From NCBI GenBank assembly GCA_964532925.1, contig CAZHIP010000001.1, forward strand, positions 192,621 through 251,071: 58,451 nt of DNA. Direction: 5' to 3'. Origin of the DNA: an uncultured Gammaproteobacteria bacterium. Its GTDB lineage: Bacteria > Patescibacteriota > Patescibacteriia > GWA2-47-26. This document shows positions 52,573 to 58,451 of the stretch, piece after piece (positions within the stretch are counted from its first letter, which is position 1; the number at the start of each line of letters is the position of its first letter). The position numbers and the translations under genes are program-made. The notes beneath the pieces are model-generated. The model searched no databases and was not told the DNA's origin. It saw only the letters and a list, made by a program, of their open reading frames with translations.

Positions 52573-52598
52573 GTGGTGAATTGTGGATAGAAGTGGGG
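52573..52598 (+). promoter_or_regulatory. Candidate MraZ operator: three GTGG(T/A/G) direct repeats at exact 10-bp phasing
   Basis: GTGGT at 52573, GTGGA at 52583 and GTGGGG at 52593. Further GTGGG boxes lie at 52530 and 52552, flanking a TACAAT -10 at 52558-52563. All are upstream of mraZ. Confidence 0.6.
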
Positions 52599-52636
52599 AT
52601 AAATCAGCGAAAAAGTGCATAACAGAAGGTACGCAT

Positions 52637-53071
52637 ATGCTGATTGGGGAATACCAGCACACGATCGATACAAAAAAGCGGCTGGCGATCCCTGCAAAGA
52701 TGCGTGCAGAGTTGGGTGAGAAAGTTGTAGTAACTCGCGGACTCGATGGATGTTTGTTCGTTTACACCGCAAAGATGTGGGAAGAGTTGGCGCAAAAGCT
52801 TGGTGCCGCCCCGGTTGGTTCGGAGATGAGTCGCGGATTTGTCCGCTTACTTCTCTCGGGTGCCAACGAGGTTGAACTCGACTCACTCGGACGGGTTCTT
52901 GTTCCAGACACTCTTAAGGATTACGCAGGATTGGCGAAAAATGTCGTCATCGTCGGCGTATACAATCGCCTTGAGATTTGGGATAAGGATCGGTGGACAA
53001 GTTATTCAGCACGAGCAGAACGCGACATCGGCAACATGGCCGAGAAAATGGGTGAACTTGGATTGTACTAG
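52637..53071 (+). CDS. mraZ: Transcriptional regulator MraZ
   Basis: MLIGEYQHTIDTKKRLAIPAKMR, with a duplicated SpoVT/AbrB-like half carrying a second DxxGR motif (LDSLGRVLVP). ATG 52637 is preferred over the ORF-track start at 52583. Confidence 0.92.
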   Translation: MLIGEYQHTIDTKKRLAIPAKMRAELGEKVVVTRGLDGCLFVYTAKMWEELAQKLGAAPVGSEMSRGFVRLLLSGANEVELDSLGRVLVPDTLKDYAGLAKNVVIVGVYNRLEIWDKDRWTSYSARAERDIGNMAEKMGELGLY

Positions 53072-53080
53072 AAACTGATT

Positions 53081-53974
53081 ATGCATGTACCAGTATTGGC
53101 CGGTGAGGTTCTTTCGTACCTTGACCCGCAAACAAATAAAAACTTTGTGGACGGAACGCTCGGTGATGGGGGGCATACACTTCTCCTGCTCGATCGGATC
53201 GCGCCGCACGGTCGAGTCTTGGGGCTCGATTTAGACGCAGCTGCTGTAGAGGCAGCCAAGCGTCGCGTCGGCTCAGACAGGCTCGTCGCGGTGCATGCGA
53301 GCTACGCCGAGATGACACGAGTTGCCACGGAACAAGGATTCAAGCAGTTTGACGGAATCCTCATTGACTTGGGCTACTCGACTTCGACACTTGAACGCGG
53401 AAAAGGTTTTAGCTTTGAAAAGCCGGAGCTACTCGACATGCGTTACGATTCAACTCCACAAAGTGACCGGATGACTGCTGCTGAGGTGGTGAATACCTTC
53501 AGTCGAGATGAACTCGCCGAGATTTTTAAAGAATATGGCGAGGAACGCTTGTCCCAGGAGATTGCGGCAGCGATTATAGCGCACCGCAAGGCTCACCACT
53601 TAGAGACGACCAAGGACCTCGTCGACGTAGTGCTTACTGCATACCGAACGAAACTTGGGAGTAAAAAGGAAATTCCTTGGATCGGCGGCATCCATCCGGC
53701 CACACGCACGTTTCAAGCGTTGCGGATTTACGTGAACAAAGAGCTCGAGAATCTAGCAACCGTGTTACCTCAGTGTGAAGCGCTCTTGACTCCTGGTGGT
53801 AGGGTAGCAATCATCAGCTTCCACTCGCTCGAAGACAGGATTGTAAAGCATTACTTCAAACAGTCGGAAAGCTTGGAGGTGCTGACTAAAAAGCCGATAG
53901 AAGCCTCGGAAAACGAACTTAGATTAAACCCACGATCACGATCCGCAAAACTCCGGGTCGCTCAAAAGAAATAA
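53081..53974 (+). CDS. rsmH: 16S rRNA (cytosine1402-N4)-methyltransferase
   Basis: HVPVL, DGTLGDGGH, DLGYS, SFHSLEDRIVK and NPRSRSAKLR motifs. Confidence 0.95.
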   Translation: MHVPVLAGEVLSYLDPQTNKNFVDGTLGDGGHTLLLLDRIAPHGRVLGLDLDAAAVEAAKRRVGSDRLVAVHASYAEMTRVATEQGFKQFDGILIDLGYSTSTLERGKGFSFEKPELLDMRYDSTPQSDRMTAAEVVNTFSRDELAEIFKEYGEERLSQEIAAAIIAHRKAHHLETTKDLVDVVLTAYRTKLGSKKEIPWIGGIHPATRTFQALRIYVNKELENLATVLPQCEALLTPGGRVAIISFHSLEDRIVKHYFKQSESLEVLTKKPIEASENELRLNPRSRSAKLRVAQKK

Positions 53975-53982
53975 CTATATAT

Positions 53983-54333
53983 ATGCCGAAGTTTTTCAAA
54001 CTCACCAATACTCACCGCCGCGTTAGCCACTCTCGTATGCCAAAGATTTTTGTATCATCAAAAGTTACTCAGCGTGTGTTGATTGCACTTATTGCTGTTG
54101 TTGGTGTTTCGTATGTTGCATTTTTAAGCACATTGTCGACTCGTGGCTACCGTATGCAAGAGCTTCAAAATGAGCTTTCAGCATTAAAGCAGGATAACCA
54201 AAAGCTTAACCGCGAGATGGTCAAGCTCTCTTCCCCACAGCGCATCGCCGCCGAAATGAAGAACGCAGGCCTCGTAGCAGTCAAAAATGTGCGATTTGTT
54301 GCAACGGACAGTGGCGCCTTGGCTCAGCGATAA
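53983..54333 (+). CDS. FtsL-like cell division protein
   Basis: 116 aa with a single TM segment followed by a coiled coil (LQNELSALKQDNQKLNREMVKL). It occupies the position after mraZ-rsmH. Confidence 0.7.
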   Translation: MPKFFKLTNTHRRVSHSRMPKIFVSSKVTQRVLIALIAVVGVSYVAFLSTLSTRGYRMQELQNELSALKQDNQKLNREMVKLSSPQRIAAEMKNAGLVAVKNVRFVATDSGALAQR

Positions 54334-54382
54334 TAGTGAGAATTAAGGCTAAAGAAGGCATGGTTTAGGCTTAATTTAGCGG

Positions 54383-54411
54383 TTGACAGCTCGGGAGACG
54401 CGTGGTACACT
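54383..54411 (+). promoter_or_regulatory. Strong sigma70-like promoter: TTGACA-N17-TACACT, with TGg immediately upstream of the -10
   Basis: Consensus -35 at 54383-54388. Extended -10 TGGTACACT at 54403-54411. It lies upstream of rplU. Confidence 0.7.
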
Positions 54412-54438
54412 CTTGCCACACGTTTTTTATATAAACAT

Positions 54439-54759
54439 ATGGCATCATTTGCAGTTATCGCCACCGGCGGAAAGCAGTATCGCGTCGTTGAGGGTGAAAC
54501 AATCGAAATCGAAAAATTGGAAGGCAAGGTAGGGGAGACCCTTACCTTTTCTGAAGTGCTCATGGTCGGTGCTGCCGGCTCTGAGGATGTGAAGATAGGC
54601 GCTCCAACCATTAGCGGTGCAATCGTTACAGCTGAGGTTATTGAGCAAGGTTTGGGTGACAAAGTGACTGGCGTGAAGTACAAGCGCAAGGTGCGCTATC
54701 GACACCGTATGGGTCACCGCCAACAGCAGACCTGGGTGAAGATTCTCAAAATTGCATAA
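54439..54759 (+). CDS. rplU: 50S ribosomal protein L21
   Basis: FAVIATGGKQYRVVEGETIEIEKL and GHRQ motifs. 106 aa. Confidence 0.93.
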   Translation: MASFAVIATGGKQYRVVEGETIEIEKLEGKVGETLTFSEVLMVGAAGSEDVKIGAPTISGAIVTAEVIEQGLGDKVTGVKYKRKVRYRHRMGHRQQQTWVKILKIA

Positions 54760-54764
54760 ACATT

Positions 54765-54790
54765 AAAACCGAGCCAATTGGCTCGGTTTT
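54765..54790. terminator. Bidirectional rho-independent terminator
   Basis: AAAACCGAGCC-AATT-GGCTCGGTTTT between the convergent rplU and recR genes. Confidence 0.85.
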
Positions 54791-54791
54791 G

Positions 54792-55394
54792 TTATACCTC
54801 CTTCCTTCCCTCCAGCGCCGAAGCAAGCGTGAGCTCATCAGCGTATTCAACATCGCCGCCGGTGGGTAGACCGCGGGCAAGACGAGTAATTTTTACACCT
54901 TTGTTTCGAAGTAGATGATTTAGATATATTGCGGTTGCTTCACCTTCCATGTCAGGATTAAAACCAATAATCAGTTCGGTAATGGTGTTGTCGGGAGATT
55001 GCAATCGAGTTTCTAGTTCTTGGATTTTTAACTGATCAGGAGTCACTCCTTCGAGTGGTGAAAGTGTGCCGTGGAGAATGTGATAACGGCCATGATACGC
55101 GCCGCTATTTTCAATCGCATAGAGATCTTGGGGCTTTGCAACCACACACAACAGGGTTTTGTTGCGCTCGGTGTCGGCACATAAGTCGCAGGGGTTTTTG
55201 AGAGAGAAATTGTAACAGGTTGTGCAATATTGAATGGCGAGGCGCAGTGCAGAAATTGCTCGCGACATGCGGTCGAGCGTCATTTGGTCTTGCTTTAAAA
55301 GCGCCAACGCATAGCGGGTGGCGGTTTTAGGGCCAACGCCGGGAAGCAGGCGGAAATACTGTACCAATTCTTCAATAGGGCGGGGGAGACGCAT
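54792..55394 (-). CDS. recR: Recombination protein RecR
   Basis: HhH N-terminus (LPGVGPKTATRYA), a C4 zinc finger (CTTCYN...CDLC) and a Toprim domain. Confidence 0.93.
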   Translation of the reverse strand: MRLPRPIEELVQYFRLLPGVGPKTATRYALALLKQDQMTLDRMSRAISALRLAIQYCTTCYNFSLKNPCDLCADTERNKTLLCVVAKPQDLYAIENSGAYHGRYHILHGTLSPLEGVTPDQLKIQELETRLQSPDNTITELIIGFNPDMEGEATAIYLNHLLRNKGVKITRLARGLPTGGDVEYADELTLASALEGRKEV

Positions 55395-55400
55395 GTGATG

Positions 55401-56771
55401 TTAAAATGGTTGAGATACTAGGCGGGTTTCTAGGTTCTGGAAGCTCGCCATTTCTTCATTAAAGTACAATGTGACTTGCCCCACGGGACCATTGCGATGT
55501 TTGGCGATCAGAATATCGGCTAGATGCTTTTCTTCGTCAGGAAGATTAAAGAAGTTGCGGTCCATGGCTTTGCGGTAAATGAACATAACAATATCGGCGT
55601 CTTGTTCGATAGAGCCGGATTCACGAAGGTCAGCAAGTTTCGGAATGGCCGGGTTACGTGATTCAACGGCACGCGAGAGCTGCGAGAGTGCGATAACAGG
55701 CACGTTGAGTTCACGCGCAATACCTTTGAGACCACGCGAGATTTCTGCGACTTCTTGCACACGATTATCACCGGATCGTTGGCGAGCAGATTCCATGAGC
55801 TGTAAGTAATCGATAATGATCATGTCGAGGCCATGTTCCATCTGGAGGCGACGGCATTTGGAGCGGATTTCCATAACGTTTGCGCTCGAGGAGTCGTCGA
55901 TGAAAATCTTGGCTTCAGAAAGTACACCCATGGCATCACCAATGCGCGAGAAGTCGTTATTGTCGCCTTGTGACGAAAGTTTTCCGGTGCGCATCTTCCA
56001 GGAGTCTACACGAGCTTCGGCACAAAGAAGGCGGTCAACGAGCTGTTCTTTTGACATTTCTAACGAGAAAAACCCAATGGCAGCCTTGCCACGGACTGCC
56101 GCGTTTCGTGCAATATCTAGCGCAAAACTTGTTTTACCACAGCTTGGGCGGGCGGCAAGAATAATTAAATCCGAACGCTGAAACCCTGCCAACATGTTGT
56201 CCATGACCTGGAAGCCACTCGTAATACCGCGGAGTTCGCCACGGTTGGCGTGCAATTGATCGATGCGCTCAAAAGCATCAGAAAGTACTTCACGGATCGG
56301 AACAAATGCTTGTTTGGTATATTTTTGTGAAATGGCAAACAGGCGTTGCTCTGATTTATCCAAAATGTCCGAGATTTCATCGTCTTCTTGAAAGCTGAAC
56401 CCGGTGATATCAGATGCAGCAGAAATGAGGCGGCGAAGCGTGGCTTTTTTCTGTACAATCGTTGCGTAATGAGCGACATGCGAAGACGTTGGCACCATCG
56501 AGGATAGCGAAATAATATATCCACGACCACCCACGAGTTCGAGCTGTTTCTTTTCTTCGAGTTTGTTTGCCAAAGATAGAATATCGATTGGTTCGCGCTT
56601 GTTCCAGAGTTCCATCATGGCGTCAAAGACCATGCCGTGAGTGTCTTTGTAGAAATCATCACCGCGGACGAGTTCAACAATCTTGATGACCGCATCTTTG
56701 TCGATTAAAAGCGAACCGAGCAATGATTGTTCAGCTTCGAGGCTATGCGGTGGAATTCGTTGATCAATCAT
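55401..56771 (-). CDS. dnaB: Replicative DNA helicase DnaB
   Basis: PPHSLEAEQSLLGSLL N-terminal domain, Walker A ARPSCGKTSFAL, IIIDYLQLM and LSQLSRAVE. 456 aa with no intein. Confidence 0.95.
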   Translation of the reverse strand: MIDQRIPPHSLEAEQSLLGSLLIDKDAVIKIVELVRGDDFYKDTHGMVFDAMMELWNKREPIDILSLANKLEEKKQLELVGGRGYIISLSSMVPTSSHVAHYATIVQKKATLRRLISAASDITGFSFQEDDEISDILDKSEQRLFAISQKYTKQAFVPIREVLSDAFERIDQLHANRGELRGITSGFQVMDNMLAGFQRSDLIILAARPSCGKTSFALDIARNAAVRGKAAIGFFSLEMSKEQLVDRLLCAEARVDSWKMRTGKLSSQGDNNDFSRIGDAMGVLSEAKIFIDDSSSANVMEIRSKCRRLQMEHGLDMIIIDYLQLMESARQRSGDNRVQEVAEISRGLKGIARELNVPVIALSQLSRAVESRNPAIPKLADLRESGSIEQDADIVMFIYRKAMDRNFFNLPDEEKHLADILIAKHRNGPVGQVTLYFNEEMASFQNLETRLVSQPF

Positions 56772-56875
56772 ACAAAAAGAGGGGACAGTGGAGGGCTGTT
56801 TCGTATCTCAGTTCGTCAGTTTGTCAGCTTTACCAAACACGGTCAAGGTATATCCTGTGGGGATTGTGGGGAAAC

Positions 56876-56884
56876 TGTTATACT
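56876..56884 (+). promoter_or_regulatory. Extended -10 box TGtTATACT
   Basis: It ends 12 nt before ATG 56896. Confidence 0.45.
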
Positions 56885-56895
56885 GTATAAACACT

Positions 56896-58044
56896 ATGAA
56901 GGAAAGCACTCAAAAACTTGTCTACGCTGCGGCTGCACAGCTCGGTTTTATTATTGGCGTGGGCATATTCAGTGTGCCATTTATTGTGGCTCAGGCGGGC
57001 TTTGCGGTGGGAATGTTCTGGATTGCGCTCTTAGGTACGGTGCTTGCAGTGGTGAACATTTTTTACAGTGAAGTCGTTTCTGGTGTTTCTGGTAAGCATC
57101 GGTTACCAGGATATGCACTACGGCTCTTGGGGCCACATGCTCAAAAATTGGCATTCGTGACAAATATTCTTGGTTCGTGGTGCGCGATTATCGCCTATGC
57201 GATTGTTGGGGGAGAGTTTTGTTTTTCTTTGCTAGCACCAACACTCGGCGGCACGGTGTTTTGGTATATTGTTGTGTTTGGGTTTGCAGGCGCATTGATC
57301 ATTGGTCGAGGCATGAAACTTTTGGAGCGTACGGAGTTTATTATGACGGCGCTCTTGGTTGGGGTGATGCTTTTGATCATTGCGAGCGGGCTTGGAGAGA
57401 GTAGCTGGCTCAATATCGCCGATGGATGGCAAATGAAAAATTTCTTTGCACCCTATGGAATTATTTTGTTTGCGCTCGGTGGCGCTGGTGCTGTGCCCGT
57501 GATGCATGAAATGGTGGGCGGGAACAAAAAACAGTTACGCCTAGCGATTGTTATTGGATCCTTTGCAGCGACCGTGCTAACCGCACTTTTTGCCATCGCG
57601 GTGGTTGGTGCAACAGGACCGGCGACCACACCAGAGGCATTGCAAGGATTATCAAAAGTGGTAGGCGAGTGGGTTGTCGGCATTGGCCATATGTTTGGGT
57701 TGCTCGCGATTATTACTTCGTATCTCGTCCTCGGTCTTAACCTCGATGAGGTATTCCGGTTTGATTTAAAAGTACCGCGTCCACTGGCGTGGCTCTTGGC
57801 GTTTGGTGTTCCAATGACAGTATTTCTACTTGGCGCGCGCAATTTTGTCAGGGTGATTGATTTTTCTGGTACAGTATTTGGCAGCATTGAAAGCGGCCTT
57901 ATTGTGCTTCTGTTTTTAGCACTGATTGTGAAGCAGAAAAAACGATTGGCTTCACGACGCACGCTGCAAATTATTTCAGTGCTATTGCTTTTGGTTTTTG
58001 CCGCAGGATTTTTTGCAAAAATAATACAACCGCTGTTTCGGTAG
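56896..58044 (+). CDS. Amino acid permease (aromatic/AAAP-like transporter family)
   Basis: 382 aa from ATG 56896 with about 11 TM segments. The N-terminal GFIIGVGIFSVPF motif is typical of amino-acid/auxin-type permeases. Confidence 0.75.
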   Translation: MKESTQKLVYAAAAQLGFIIGVGIFSVPFIVAQAGFAVGMFWIALLGTVLAVVNIFYSEVVSGVSGKHRLPGYALRLLGPHAQKLAFVTNILGSWCAIIAYAIVGGEFCFSLLAPTLGGTVFWYIVVFGFAGALIIGRGMKLLERTEFIMTALLVGVMLLIIASGLGESSWLNIADGWQMKNFFAPYGIILFALGGAGAVPVMHEMVGGNKKQLRLAIVIGSFAATVLTALFAIAVVGATGPATTPEALQGLSKVVGEWVVGIGHMFGLLAIITSYLVLGLNLDEVFRFDLKVPRPLAWLLAFGVPMTVFLLGARNFVRVIDFSGTVFGSIESGLIVLLFLALIVKQKKRLASRRTLQIISVLLLLVFAAGFFAKIIQPLFR

Positions 58045-58269
58045 CTTTTTCTATTTTCTGGCGAAGGAGAGAGGGGATAGATCAGGACGTTGTAATTGGT
58101 GGATCAAAAAGATCCAAGGCACATTGCTCCGTTATCTTGGAGAAATATTTTTGTTCTTGGCGGTACATAGAGAATTCACGACCATCGATGACCAAAAAAT
58201 TTCAGTGAAAAAACCGCTTCTGCAGGGGAGAGGTTTTTGGGTGAAACGACCCATTGTGGATAACTATAT

Positions 58270-58386
58270 ATTGTGTCGCACAATGTATCTTATGCGACAC
58301 TACCGAACAAATACATTTGTCGGCGTGTCGCATAAGATGTTGAGATTATATCGATGCTATAGACTCAAGCACCGCATAATCTCAAC
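58270..58386. repeat. Cluster of three consecutive inverted repeats (hairpins)
   Basis: ATTGTG/CACAAT at 58270-58284. A 14-bp perfect pair ATCTTATGCGACAC/GTGTCGCATAAGAT at 58287-58300 and 58325-58338, with an inner CCGAACAAAT/ATTTGTCGG stem. An 11-bp pair GTTGAGATTAT/ATAATCTCAAC at 58339-58349 and 58376-58386. Confidence 0.8.
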
Positions 58387-58451
58387 CAGCGTGCTCTGTT
58401 TCGCTACCTTTCAGCTCTAAACCACCATCCTTGGGATTTTTGGATTTAAAC

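Noticed and set aside
57453-57962. 169-aa minus-strand ORF
   Set aside because: It is antisense to the multi-TM permease gene and has a low-complexity Thr/Pro/Ala/Ser composition.
58124-58420. 98-aa plus-strand ORF at the window end
   Set aside because: It runs through three strong inverted repeats and has an odd composition (Arg/Leu/Tyr/Cys-rich). It has no promoter or SD context. The region is treated as non-coding.
1-58451. Alternative genetic code (UGA recoding, as in some CPR lineages), CRISPR arrays, rRNA, and prophage or IS elements
   Set aside because: Well-supported genes end at UGA (for example gatB and the AAA+ gene), and none requires read-through. No regularly spaced direct repeats were seen. 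No 16S/23S/5S-like sequence was seen. No integrase, transposase, capsid or terminase-like ORFs were seen.

Overview
A 58.45 kb chromosomal segment, densely coding and mostly on the plus strand. It uses the standard genetic code: UGA, UAA and UAG all terminate well-supported ORFs. The content is mainly housekeeping. It includes gatB (5' partial), miaA, secD-secF, three tRNAs (Gln-CTG, Pro-CGG, Lys-TTT), nth and a MacB-type ABC pair. It also includes rarA, a cell-wall block (DUF4012 protein, mreB, a coiled-coil lytic transglycosylase, PBP2, murF) and yidC. A CIRCE-controlled hrcA-grpE-dnaK-dnaJ operon follows, then cysS, corA, dnaX, a uvrB/uvrA/uvrC neighbourhood, mraZ-rsmH-ftsL, rplU, recR-dnaB and an amino-acid permease. 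Several traits point to a reduced Patescibacteria/CPR (Parcubacteria-like) genome. These are shortened core proteins, DUF4012, Gmad2 Ig-like domains, a TraD/VirD4-like ATPase with a long N-terminal domain, a small RRM protein, frequent TGnTAnAAT extended -10 boxes close to start codons, and few Shine-Dalgarno sites. This assignment is inference from gene content, not a computed classification. I saw no rRNA, CRISPR array, integrase, transposase or prophage genes. The most interesting candidates are these. (1) A 4 kb module sits between uvrA and uvrC and is flanked by strong terminators. It encodes a membrane-anchored ClpA/B/C D1-only AAA+ protein plus two divergent tandem paralogs of a secreted multi-domain surface protein. 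(2) An orphan TraD/VirD4-like coupling-type ATPase lies with small unknown neighbours. One neighbour is an SD-led, GC-rich small ORF behind a CIRCE-related promoter. (3) An AT-rich ORF with an Rx4H (HEPN-like) motif is wedged between uvrB and uvrA. (4) SecD carries embedded parvulin PPIase domains. (5) tRNA-Lys and tRNA-Pro 3' ends are partly duplicated nearby, resembling att-site scars. A nested palindromic element also recurs at two distant sites. (6) Two tandem SD-led small membrane protein paralogs each have their own terminator. All coordinates, motifs and repeats were read by eye from the sequence. No database search or statistic was run.
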